From positions 149,190 through 213,189 of IMG/VR virus record IMGVR_UViG_3300037010_001227: 64,000 nt of DNA, one strand, 5' to 3'. Positions 20,151-29,417 of this stretch are shown here, one piece after another. The position numbers and the translations under genes were made by a program. Position 1 is the stretch's first letter, and each line of letters opens with the position of its first letter. The notes beneath the pieces are model-generated. The model had not been told where the DNA came from. It saw nothing but the letters and a program-made list of their open reading frames with translations, and did no database searches.

Positions 20151-20611
20151 TGAAAACCCGTCTTGGTTTTGTCTCGAACTCCAGTAGCTCTTCATTTTGT
20201 ATCTATGGTATTCAGTTTGATTCTTATGACGAAGTTCTTCGTAGTTTACAGAAAAGTGATAAAGAGTTTCTACATGGTTTCTTTGTACAGTTCAACAATA
20301 AATATAAACGTGAATTAGAAGATAATGAAATTGCAGAAGTTACTACAATTGATGAATTAATCAATGCTATAAATGAGCTTGGTTACGATATGTGGGAGTT
20401 TTGCGATGATTTGTTTAAAGATGACAAAATAATACGTGTTCACACAGGTAGTGAATATAATGCTGGTATGGTTTCCATTGGAAGAGAATGGCGCTTTATT
20501 GGAGATAAAGAGACTGGAGAAGAGTTTAAGGAAAGCATTCGTAAACGATTAGAGTATTATTTTGGTAAGAAGCTCAAACTTCAAACTATTGAAGAATCTT
20601 TTCGGTGCTAA
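20150..20611 (+). CDS. FVSNSSSSSF-motif protein 4
   Basis: MKTRLGFVSNSSSSSFCIYG; TAATG coupling. Confidence 0.9.
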   Translation: MKTRLGFVSNSSSSSFCIYGIQFDSYDEVLRSLQKSDKEFLHGFFVQFNNKYKRELEDNEIAEVTTIDELINAINELGYDMWEFCDDLFKDDKIIRVHTGSEYNAGMVSIGREWRFIGDKETGEEFKESIRKRLEYYFGKKLKLQTIEESFRC

Positions 20612-20974
20612 ATGAAAACTCGTTCAGGTTTCGTAAGTAATAGTTCAAGTTCAAGTTTCGTAATTCTTGGTGTGAAAGTAGTTGAAGGTTCCAAAGAGTA
20701 TAACCACATTAAGGAACTTTTCTATGATGTTCCAGCAGATGAGGATAATGGAGTGAGTCCTTGGGAATGGGAACTACCTAACAATGTAAGTTATATTACC
20801 ACTGGTGATAACAATGATCAGACTTACTTCGGTGAGTATCTTGCCCAAGGTGAGTATACGGAATTTGAAGAGTTCAGCTTTAATGATCTAAAGAGAAAAT
20901 CTAAGGAATTAGCTGATCTTCTTGAAGTTCCTGAGTCTGACGTAAGACTTGTAGTAGGAACTGAGTATATCTAG
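20612..20974 (+). CDS. FVSNSSSSSF-motif protein 5
   Basis: MKTRSGFVSNSSSSSFVILG; abuts the upstream stop. Confidence 0.9.
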   Translation: MKTRSGFVSNSSSSSFVILGVKVVEGSKEYNHIKELFYDVPADEDNGVSPWEWELPNNVSYITTGDNNDQTYFGEYLAQGEYTEFEEFSFNDLKRKSKELADLLEVPESDVRLVVGTEYI

Positions 20975-21021
20975 AGCAATTAGCATTAGTAATTATTAGT
21001 AACTTTATTTTGAGGTTGCTA

Positions 21022-21402
21022 ATGAAAGTGAGAACAGGATTTGTAAGCAACAGTTCAAGTTCTAGCTTTTGTATACTAGGCAGATCTGGAGATCTTTACA
21101 AATTTAAGGACTATATGACTTTTACATTCCCAAATTCTTTTAACGTTAACGACTTAGAAGATGAGGGTGATATTTTAAATGAGATTGTATCGTTAGTAGA
21201 AGATATGACTGGTCTTGATTGTCTGTATGGTTTTGAAAATGAACAATGCTATATTGGTTACTCTTTTTCAAATAGTAATCTTTATGATCGATCTGTAAAT
21301 GAACTGATCAAAGAAGTTGATAACAAGTTTAAGTTACTAAACATTCCACAAGAAGTCTTTGACATTGCTACAACACTTCATTATGGCGAGCTTTACCACT
21401 AA
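21022..21402 (+). CDS. FVSNSSSSSF-motif protein 6 (track start 21010)
   Basis: GAGG SD then ATG 21022: MKVRTGFVSNSSSSSFCILG. Confidence 0.9.
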   Translation: MKVRTGFVSNSSSSSFCILGRSGDLYKFKDYMTFTFPNSFNVNDLEDEGDILNEIVSLVEDMTGLDCLYGFENEQCYIGYSFSNSNLYDRSVNELIKEVDNKFKLLNIPQEVFDIATTLHYGELYH

Positions 21403-21429
21403 ACAAAACTAGGAAACCTAGGAGATAGA

Positions 21430-22512
21430 ATGCTTCATTTTACATCAAAAGAATGGCGGTCAGTTCGTTCAGAAAATTACAATTATGATTTCAATACTGT
21501 CACAGGTTTCTTTGCTCGTTGGGGAGCTACAAAAGAAGAAGATCCCATCGTAGCTCCAGCACCTGAAATCTTGGACCTGGAAGTTAGTTATGGTGGTAAA
21601 TGTTTTGGTAACTGTGCCTTTTGTTATAAAGGGAACGGTGGTGATCAGCCTGTAGTTAATATGACTTTAGATCAGTTCAAAGTTATATTTTCTAAAATGC
21701 CAAAAACTTTGACACAAATTGCTTTCGGTATTATGAATATCTCTACAAATCCTGATTTATTTTCTATGATGGAATACGCAAGAGAGAATGGTGTGGTTCC
21801 AAATTACACCTGTCATGGCCTCGACGTTACTCCTGAAATTGCCAAACGAACTTCAGAGCTTTGTGGGGCGGTCGCAGTATCAGTTTATTCCTCAGAAGCC
21901 TCTTATAACGCGATTAAGATGTTTACTGATGCGGGCATGAAGCAAGTTAATATTCACTTTATGTTAAGTGAAGAAACTTATGAAAGAGCGTTCACTATTT
22001 TACATGATCGTCTAACTGACCCAAGACTTGCTGAAATGAACGCGATTGTATTCCTTGGTTACAAACCAAAGGGTAGAAATGCTGGTGGTTTTCATCCAGT
22101 ATCTACTGAGAAATACAAGAAGTTAATTGAATATTGTAATCGTAACAATATCAGTTATGGTTTTGATTCTTGTTCAGCTCCTGTAGTTCTAAAATGCATT
22201 GAGAACTCTGAAGATTATAAGAGGATTTCACAGTTAGTAGAACCTTGTGAATCTTCTTGTTTCAGTTCTTATATTAATGCAGATGGTATTTTCTACGCCT
22301 GTTCATTTTGCGAGGGCGAAGGTATGTGGAAAGAAGGCATTGATGTTTTAAATTGCAATGATTTTGTTAAGGATGTTTGGCAACATCCTAAAACAGTAGC
22401 ATTTCGAGAAATTTTACATCAGAGTACAAAATCTTGCGGTGCGTGCAAAAGTCAATCTATTTGTAGACATTGTCCAATGTTTCCTGTAACAAATTGCCAC
22501 AATGAGCTATAG
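21430..22512 (+). CDS. Radical SAM protein with C-terminal SPASM domain
   Basis: CFGNCAFC (CxxxCxxC); C-terminal CESSC...INADG...AC and CGAC...C..C Cys clusters. Confidence 0.92.
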   Translation: MLHFTSKEWRSVRSENYNYDFNTVTGFFARWGATKEEDPIVAPAPEILDLEVSYGGKCFGNCAFCYKGNGGDQPVVNMTLDQFKVIFSKMPKTLTQIAFGIMNISTNPDLFSMMEYARENGVVPNYTCHGLDVTPEIAKRTSELCGAVAVSVYSSEASYNAIKMFTDAGMKQVNIHFMLSEETYERAFTILHDRLTDPRLAEMNAIVFLGYKPKGRNAGGFHPVSTEKYKKLIEYCNRNNISYGFDSCSAPVVLKCIENSEDYKRISQLVEPCESSCFSSYINADGIFYACSFCEGEGMWKEGIDVLNCNDFVKDVWQHPKTVAFREILHQSTKSCGACKSQSICRHCPMFPVTNCHNEL

Positions 22513-22523
22513 TAGTTGAGTGT

Positions 22524-22565
22524 TCCATGAAAGAGCATATACGGTTAATTATGCTCTTTCATGGA
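22524..22565 (+). promoter_or_regulatory. 16-bp perfect hairpin overlapping the SD of the downstream HNH gene
   Basis: TCCATGAAAGAGCATA-10 nt-TATGCTCTTTCATGGA; GGAG at 22563-22566, ATG at 22573. Confidence 0.65.
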
Positions 22566-22572
22566 GACTTGA

Positions 22573-23127
22573 ATGCTTTGCAAACAATGTAATACAGAGT
22601 TTATACAAAATAAACCACATCAAGTATATTGTTCAGAAACGTGCAGAAATTCTTACTGGGGTCATACATAAACAGTATGAAAAAAAATAAAAATAAAATA
22701 GCTAAAAAGAATAATAATGATGAATATAGAAAGTATCAAAAAGAATTAACAAAACAACCATATAGAAAACAAGCAAGAAATGACTATTTAAAAGTAAACG
22801 AAAATCTGACATAGTATTTAAATTAAAACACTCTATAAACGATAGATTACGTCACGAATTTTCTAATTTTAGTGTAGTTGAGTTAGAAAGTTATTTAGGA
22901 TATTCTATTTTAGATTTATCTAATTATTTATTCCAAACAGATGAAGAAAAAGAAGAATATCTTGCTGGTAATTTAGAACTTGACCATATTATACCTTATA
23001 ATTGGTATATAGTTTTAGCGTTAGGTGATGGCGAGTTTAAAAAATGTTGGTCCTTTGAAAATTTACGATTATTATCAAGTATAGACAATAAACAAAGAAG
23101 TAAAAAAATTGATTGTGTTTTTAGTTA
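22573..23127 (+). pseudogene. HNH endonuclease with N-terminal Zn finger, frameshifted
   Basis: MLCKQC...YCSETC at the start; ELDHIIP...CWSFENLRLL...DNKQRS at the end; stops and frameshifts in between. Confidence 0.75.
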
Positions 23128-23291
23128 AACAACAAAAGATAAGTCATCTTTTACCTATAGGAGCTAATGAAATACGGAAATTGTTCTAAATACTTCGGAA
23201 TTAGTGTTATGTAAACCAAAAAAGAAAAATAGAATTTGATTCTTTTGAGTATAGTGTTATAGAAGCTACTGAAAATATAGCTTATCATAGA

Positions 23292-23501
23292 ATGAAATTT
23301 ATGTTTCAACCAAGCGGTAAAACTACTATAGTCTTATCCTGTTTTGGACAAAGTATTTTAGAACATAAATTTGAAACACCAATTTCTGTTATAATATATT
23401 GGCCTTATAATGGAGTAGGTATATCATCAGAAACTTTTGCCCAAAAAGATATACCAGGAAGAAGAACAGTATATTTTACATCTTGTCATAAGGAGTTATA
23501 A
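23292..23501 (+). CDS. Hypothetical protein
   Basis: ORF track. Confidence 0.5.
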   Translation: MKFMFQPSGKTTIVLSCFGQSILEHKFETPISVIIYWPYNGVGISSETFAQKDIPGRRTVYFTSCHKEL

Positions 23502-23504
23502 ATA

Positions 23505-23879
23505 ATGAAAATTCGAAAAGGTTTCGTAAGTAATAGTTCTTCTTGTAGTTTTACTCTTTACGGAGTATATTTAGATCCAGTAGAAGAAGCAGTTTATGCT
23601 AATCTACAAGATGATATTAAAGCAAGATGTTTAATTGAAGCAGAGAAACGTGGAGGTGATCTAGATTTAGAAGTATTTATAAAAGTTATGTGGGAAGAAT
23701 TTAAAATAGAAGCTACTTGGGGTCAAGATCACTATACTCTCTATTTTGGTTTCAGTATTAACGACATGAAAGATGATGAAACTAAAATACAATTTTATGA
23801 TCGGATTGAAAAGTTTTTTCAAAAGATTTTTAAAGAAGTAAGCTGTGATTGGCATTCAGAAGCATGGTATGACTCTTGA
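23505..23879 (+). CDS. FVSNSSSSSF-motif protein 7 (Ser-to-Cys variant)
   Basis: MKIRKGFVSNSSSCSFTLYG; AAGGAG SD. Confidence 0.9.
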   Translation: MKIRKGFVSNSSSCSFTLYGVYLDPVEEAVYANLQDDIKARCLIEAEKRGGDLDLEVFIKVMWEEFKIEATWGQDHYTLYFGFSINDMKDDETKIQFYDRIEKFFQKIFKEVSCDWHSEAWYDS

Positions 23880-24070
23880 GTAATTAAGTAGTATGACAAC
23901 TAAAATATGTAGTAGTAAATGTAAAGATTTAAAGATTTAACAGATTTTTATTCAAACTCTTATAGATAGTAAAGATTATCATACTAATGTTCATAATAAT
24001 GGAGCATATAAACAATAAATAATGAATTTACTATAGTTTTAAATAATTATATAACTACTTTGGATAATTG

Positions 24071-24331
24071 ATGAAAACAAGAGCAGGTTTTGTAAGTAAC
24101 AGTTCTAGTTCCAGCTTTGTGTTGGATAAAGATCATCTTTCACCAGAACAAATTGATCAGATTAAGAGACATACCAAACTTGCACAAGATTTTGGTATAG
24201 AACATTGGATGATAGAAGAACGAGAGCATATAATCCTGCTAGAAACTTGGATGGATAACTTTAACATGTCTGAGTTCCTGGAACATATTAAGGTTCCAAC
24301 AGAAGCCATATTACGTCACAACAGAGACTAG
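24071..24331 (+). CDS. FVSNSSSSSF-motif protein 8 (track start 24068)
   Basis: MKTRAGFVSNSSSSSFVL. Confidence 0.88.
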   Translation: MKTRAGFVSNSSSSSFVLDKDHLSPEQIDQIKRHTKLAQDFGIEHWMIEEREHIILLETWMDNFNMSEFLEHIKVPTEAILRHNRD

Positions 24332-24332
24332 C

Positions 24333-24857
24333 ATGACAAAGGAAGAGTTTATCAGCAAAGCCGTTGAGCGTTCTAAAACTTTTATTAAGGATGCTCAACT
24401 TGACATTAGAAAAATTAGTGAGATGCAATCTCATATTGTTAATTGTCTTTTTAATAATCAGCCGCTATCATATTCTGTAGTGGACAGTGAAGCAAAAGAA
24501 TGTAAGAATATCTACATTATGTTAGATACTCCTTATATCGACCATACAGAAGAAGAAGCGTTCTGTGTATTGGATGTTATTAACTATTACACATTTCCAG
24601 TTACAGCTATTCTTGATTCAATTTCTCTGTCTAAAAAAGGTAAGTTGACAGAAGCTCTTGATATTAGACCATTCATGTTCAGCGGTCCAGCTCCAACTCA
24701 AATTATTTGGTCTGGATCTGATATTTCCACAGTTAAAACTGTAGGTTATCCTTCGCTAACTAATGAAGATGCAGTTGCTGCATTTAAACACTGGATTCAT
24801 TATGTATTCGGTTTACATTTAAATATAGAAACAGGCTACCTGGAGGATTCTTTCTGA
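24333..24857 (+). CDS. Hypothetical protein
   Basis: ORF track; coupled to neighbours. Confidence 0.75.
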   Translation: MTKEEFISKAVERSKTFIKDAQLDIRKISEMQSHIVNCLFNNQPLSYSVVDSEAKECKNIYIMLDTPYIDHTEEEAFCVLDVINYYTFPVTAILDSISLSKKGKLTEALDIRPFMFSGPAPTQIIWSGSDISTVKTVGYPSLTNEDAVAAFKHWIHYVFGLHLNIETGYLEDSF

Positions 24858-25147
24858 TGCTTAGAACTTTGGATTCAACCCAATGTTTGGGTGTAGTGAA
24901 CGGAATTATAGAATACCTGAAAGAAATTGAACGAGCTTCTAATAAACCGTGCTATATGGAACTTATAGATTTTGAAGTAACTACAGAATTTGTAGATTTA
25001 CTCGAATTTGTAGGTTTAGCTTATTTTCAAACAAAAGATTCTTGCGTAATAGCATGGAAGGGTAACATTGACAAAGCAATCTCCTGCATCGACGCCGAAC
25101 GAGAACACAAGCAACTCCGAAACAACCGAAATCTTTTCGGAGAATGA
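24857..25147 (+). CDS. Hypothetical protein
   Basis: TGATG coupling. Confidence 0.65.
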   Translation: MLRTLDSTQCLGVVNGIIEYLKEIERASNKPCYMELIDFEVTTEFVDLLEFVGLAYFQTKDSCVIAWKGNIDKAISCIDAEREHKQLRNNRNLFGE

Positions 25148-25466
25148 TAAGCTTGTAGTTTGGGAAATTCCTATTGTTCAGATTTTTAATCTGGTTCATT
25201 GGCCGGACGGTTGTAAAACTGTCCCTACATTTGAACAGCTTGAAGATACTCTTAACATCGTTGAAGGATATAAACAAAGCCCAGAAGAATACGATGAGCC
25301 TGATAAAAAGGCTATTGAGGAATGGCTTAAAAAGAACTCTTTAACTAAATTCAAAAAAGCATACATAGAAGCTGTTCAAGAACATGAACGGCTTGAAAAT
25401 ATTAAACATGACTGGTTTAGAGATAACAAGTTGTTTCCACAACAGTATATGAGAACTGACAACTAA
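25068..25466 (+). CDS. Hypothetical protein (start uncertain)
   Basis: ORF track; 80-nt overlap with the previous ORF. Confidence 0.55.
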   Translation: MTKQSPASTPNENTSNSETTEIFSENDKLVVWEIPIVQIFNLVHWPDGCKTVPTFEQLEDTLNIVEGYKQSPEEYDEPDKKAIEEWLKKNSLTKFKKAYIEAVQEHERLENIKHDWFRDNKLFPQQYMRTDN

Positions 25467-25472
25467 GGATTT

Positions 25473-25718
25473 ATGACAAACAAAAAGAAACTGGGATTAT
25501 GTCTTATCCTTGTCTTAATTTCTACTGGTGGAAAGTATGTAACTGCTGGATATATTATTTACCAGTTAGTTTTACATGGGTTTGCTGAATCTTTTATTAG
25601 TTACTACTTGTTACTAATACTTCTGTTGTTCGCATGTTTTAAACTTCAGAAATCATTAGAGGAATTGGCACTAAGTTATATTACTATCGAACCGGATAGC
25701 AATGAAGAAAAACAGTGA
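25473..25718 (+). CDS. Small membrane protein
   Basis: Two hydrophobic stretches; AAGGA SD. Confidence 0.65.
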   Translation: MTNKKKLGLCLILVLISTGGKYVTAGYIIYQLVLHGFAESFISYYLLLILLLFACFKLQKSLEELALSYITIEPDSNEEKQ

Positions 25719-26410
25719 TAACTTTACAAGATCTAACAAAAGAGTTTAAAAAAGATTCTTGGATTTGGGAAACCAACGACAAAGACAAAGTTGAAGTAAT
25801 ATTACCATCAGTAGAAATTATTGATTCTATGGATGGTGTTAGTATTCTTAAGAAATTAGAAAAGATTATTAGAGTAGCATACAAGAGTGAAGATAAAATC
25901 ACTGATACTTCTTATGAGAAGATGCTGAATGTTATTCTAGCAAATAATCATCTATCTACTTTAGAACATGAACATATCACTTTCAAGATAGTGACAAATC
26001 GTGGTGTAACTCATGAATTGGTTAGGCATAGACTAGCTAATTATACACAAGAATCTACACGATATGTTAACTACAGTAAGAAAGGTGGCCAGGTAATTTA
26101 TCCTGCTTGGATGGTTGGTAAGTCTGACAAGGATAAGATGTTCTGGTATGCAAGAATGTGTAGTGCTCTTATGGGATACAATCAAGCTATTACTGAATTT
26201 GGTTGGAAGCCACAGGAGGCACGAGGAATTCTCCCGCATGACGTTAAGACTGAAATCTATTCTACTATGAATTTGCGAGAACTACGGCATGTTGATAGTC
26301 TTCGTGGAGAAGGTGCTAACGCGGCCCATCCAGATATTAGAATAGTTATTTCTGAACTGATGTCACAACTACAATCAAAAATTCCTATTATTTTTGATGA
26401 GAAAGTATGA
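25715..26410 (+). CDS. thyX: FAD-dependent thymidylate synthase
   Basis: HLSTLEH; HELVRHR...TQESTRY signature; EARGILP. Confidence 0.95.
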   Translation: MITLQDLTKEFKKDSWIWETNDKDKVEVILPSVEIIDSMDGVSILKKLEKIIRVAYKSEDKITDTSYEKMLNVILANNHLSTLEHEHITFKIVTNRGVTHELVRHRLANYTQESTRYVNYSKKGGQVIYPAWMVGKSDKDKMFWYARMCSALMGYNQAITEFGWKPQEARGILPHDVKTEIYSTMNLRELRHVDSLRGEGANAAHPDIRIVISELMSQLQSKIPIIFDEKV

Positions 26411-27276
26411 ACGTCGATGTAGGTGTATTAAACAGATTTGATCCCGCATTTGCTAGTCATTTACGTGATATTTTGTCTAATTCATTAAGTATTGAAGAAG
26501 TAAGTAACATTATGGCTAAAGGTAGATATTGCTTAGCTGGAGGTGCTATTAGAAGTTATTATGATGACACAAAGTTAAATGATTTAGACATTTATGTGTT
26601 AGATGATAACACTTGGGATGAAATGAGTAGTCTTGCCCAGGCGTATTCTGCTGAAGAAGACGTAAAAAAATTACGAGCTTCACAACCTGGTATGTATAGT
26701 TTTGGCGCAAGATTCGGAACTTACAAGTATCCATATAAGCACATTGACCATATTTCTTTTGATGGTCTGAAACCAAGAGTAGAATTTTTACGGATCCGTT
26801 ATGTTCCAGACTACAAGAACAGGTTTAATAATAGAGATCTTCCTAAAGTTGCTGACTTGACTGAAGCTGAATTCATCACAGCTACCTCAACGTCAGAAAT
26901 CTTAGAAGGTTTTGATTTTATTTGTTGCACCGCAGCAGTTGAATTTGAAGTTTCTAGTGAAACAAATGATTTGTTTAGTTCTTTAAGAAAAACTCAACAA
27001 GCTATTACAGCAACTAAGAAACTAAGACAACTGGGTATAAAGTTAACAAACTATAAACAACACCCATTGTTTCTGACTTGTATCATCAAGAAAGATTTAC
27101 GACTGACTCCAAGTAAAAATATGCAAAAGTGCGGTATAGCATATAAGAGACTTTACAAATATTTTTCTTATGGATACAGAATTCTTCGTGATTATGATTT
27201 TAAACAGTTAGAAATGCAGAGAGCAGAGGCAGTTCTTTCTGGTTTAGACATAACAATTGCTCAATACGATGTGTAG
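26407..27276 (+). CDS. Pol-beta superfamily nucleotidyltransferase of unknown specificity
   Basis: LAGGAIRS...NDLDIY head motif; FDFICC. Confidence 0.65.
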   Translation: MNVDVGVLNRFDPAFASHLRDILSNSLSIEEVSNIMAKGRYCLAGGAIRSYYDDTKLNDLDIYVLDDNTWDEMSSLAQAYSAEEDVKKLRASQPGMYSFGARFGTYKYPYKHIDHISFDGLKPRVEFLRIRYVPDYKNRFNNRDLPKVADLTEAEFITATSTSEILEGFDFICCTAAVEFEVSSETNDLFSSLRKTQQAITATKKLRQLGIKLTNYKQHPLFLTCIIKKDLRLTPSKNMQKCGIAYKRLYKYFSYGYRILRDYDFKQLEMQRAEAVLSGLDITIAQYDV

Positions 27277-28018
27277 AAAATACATCTTAAATGTAGCATT
27301 CATTAATAGCTTCTTTTCTTCTTATGGCAACTATAATAGTCAATTTAAACAAATTGTTGCTAAACATGTAATAGAAGTGCATAGAGAACAGTTTGAACTT
27401 CTAGAAAAAGATGTTCCAATGCTTCTACGGCAAGGAAGCAAAATTATTCCAAAACTTTGTAATGCCACAAGTTTCACCACAGAGTTATACACTCAAAACT
27501 ACTTAAAACTGGTTTTGGGTGTTTTATATTATTATGTGGAAGCTTCACATTGGTATAAAGATATAGTTTATAAGAGAGAACAAGGTGATGTGGATTCATT
27601 AATCTTTTTTGAACTATTTGATGCGGAAGAGAACTTACTTTACTCTCCCATGGATTTGTTAAATCCCATTACAATAGATTATGAATCTAGAAGTCATTGG
27701 TTTTGTCGTCGCAATAATTATACGGGTGTTACTAGATGTGAGTTTACTGATGATAAAAATCAAAAGTTTGTTCTAGCAAAATCACAAACAGACTTTAGAA
27801 CAGCAATAGATATGATTGCAACATCTGTTGATATTTATCGTCTTAGAGTAAATCCAAACGCTAACTATCACTATGATGACTTTGACTATCTTAGTTTGCA
27901 GTCTATCTATAGTGAATATACTGAAGATTCCACCTATGTTTTAGGTGAAACAATACCATGTGAGACTGAAAAATCGTTTTTATTCTTGTCACACATTAAT
28001 AATGAACTACTTCTTTAA
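27257..28018 (+). CDS. Hypothetical protein
   Basis: 253-aa ORF. Confidence 0.7.
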   Translation: MLNTMCRKYILNVAFINSFFSSYGNYNSQFKQIVAKHVIEVHREQFELLEKDVPMLLRQGSKIIPKLCNATSFTTELYTQNYLKLVLGVLYYYVEASHWYKDIVYKREQGDVDSLIFFELFDAEENLLYSPMDLLNPITIDYESRSHWFCRRNNYTGVTRCEFTDDKNQKFVLAKSQTDFRTAIDMIATSVDIYRLRVNPNANYHYDDFDYLSLQSIYSEYTEDSTYVLGETIPCETEKSFLFLSHINNELLL

Positions 28019-28019
28019 A

Positions 28020-28700
28020 TCTTGGTTTTACGTAAGTTATAGTTAGCATTTCTAGTGATATTCAGTTTTCGTGTTTCTAATGAAATTATATGTTTACCTT
28101 TGTTTGAATGGAAATTTTAATTTTAGTTTCATTAGAATGCGGTTGAGGTTTATCTGTTTTATAAGTAGATAATTTAGCTTTAGTTTTAGCAGGCATTGGA
28201 ACATCCTTACGACCCTTTGAGACAGCTTTTCGCTATTCAACAGTAAATTTCTACCTACTTGGGATTGTCGAAGTTTTTCTTTATGCTCTTTTGTTAAAGG
28301 TTTCTTTTTCTTGCCTTTACCAACAAGTGACATTTTGAGTTTTGTTTCCTCTGAATGTTTGCGAGGACTTGGTTTAGTTGTTTCTGACATATCTGCTGGG
28401 TTATTACCAACAGCTTGTATGTTATAACCATTTACAACAGAGTCAAATTTATTTATTATTACTTGTGCTATATCAGCAAGAAATGATTTTAAAATAGAGA
28501 GTACAAAATAAGATTCACCATGCAAAATTCCAAGATGATGCTTGTAATTTTGGATTGTGATGATTATCAGCTTTAATGCGCTTTACATACATCGTCTATT
28601 AAGATTAACAATAGAACCAATATAACCTTTATTAGTACTAGTATTAGTAATACAGTAGACACCTGAGGTTTTGTTTATTTAGGAACCTCACTACGTTTAA
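28020..28700 (-). pseudogene. GIY-YIG/NUMOD3 homing endonuclease, frameshifted
   Basis: SGVYCITNTSTNK..YIGS, HNPKLQAS, HGESYF, GYNI, RKHSEETKLKMS across frames. Boundaries approximate. Confidence 0.8.
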
Positions 28701-28713
28701 TTCATCCCATTGT

Positions 28714-29346
28714 ATGGAGATATTAATGGAAACCTACAACAACTCTAAGAGCAATCGTTCTTGTATTGTAGTCCTGAACCAGGCCAATATCACAGGGTTT
28801 CTCAACAATCATGAAAACTCAAATGGCAAAATGCGTATCGACTACAGTAAGCTCTTAGAACAGGCTGCAAATGGTCGAAATCTAATTGGTGCTCTTTGTG
28901 TTTCTCAATGCGATTCACAGATTATGGGGCTTAAGCCCCAGGATTACAAAAAGAAGAACCGGAAGTTCCTGTATTCACTACAGGCATTCGGTTGGACACC
29001 ACTTGAAGTAGAATACAACAGCCTAACTCAAGATGTTACTCAGGTAACTCAGTCAGTTTATAATGCTGTTTGCGAGATGTTATTGGACTCTGAAGGTAAT
29101 CCTAAATATGATCTCGCAAACCTAGACCTTATATTTATTACAGGTTCTAGTCTTTGGTCTACTGTAATCGCACCTTTTAGTGAAAACGGACTTGCAATTG
29201 AAGTTCTGTATCCCAGAAAGTCTACGTCTTCTGCACTATACAGTCAGTTTGTATTCCGTGATCTGTATCCTTTCATCGTAGCTTCTAATACAGAAGTTAT
29301 GTCTCGTCGGCTTGAAGCACTAGCTAACAAGACAACACGGATTTAA
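28714..29346 (+). CDS. NYN/LabA-like PIN-fold protein, catalytic acidic residues apparently lost
   Basis: IDYSKLL and LIFITGSSLWSTVI...G..IEV resemble NYN motifs, but VLNQAN and TGSS replace DxxN and SGDxD. Confidence 0.5.
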   Translation: MEILMETYNNSKSNRSCIVVLNQANITGFLNNHENSNGKMRIDYSKLLEQAANGRNLIGALCVSQCDSQIMGLKPQDYKKKNRKFLYSLQAFGWTPLEVEYNSLTQDVTQVTQSVYNAVCEMLLDSEGNPKYDLANLDLIFITGSSLWSTVIAPFSENGLAIEVLYPRKSTSSALYSQFVFRDLYPFIVASNTEVMSRRLEALANKTTRI

Positions 29347-29417
29347 GAATAGAGGAATTAAAACCAAGTATGGACTTGGTTTATTAGTGCCGGAATACCA
29401 AAAATAGAGAAACTTAC

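Noticed and set aside
18772-24331. Motif array read as a CRISPR array or DNA direct repeat
   Set aside because: The repeated element is in-frame at ORF starts, spacing is 330-2500 nt, and synonymous codons differ between copies.
18772-24331. MKxRxG/F as a type IV prepilin (class III) signal peptide
   Set aside because: The G-F is followed by polar VSNSSSSS, not a ~20-aa hydrophobic helix with Glu5.
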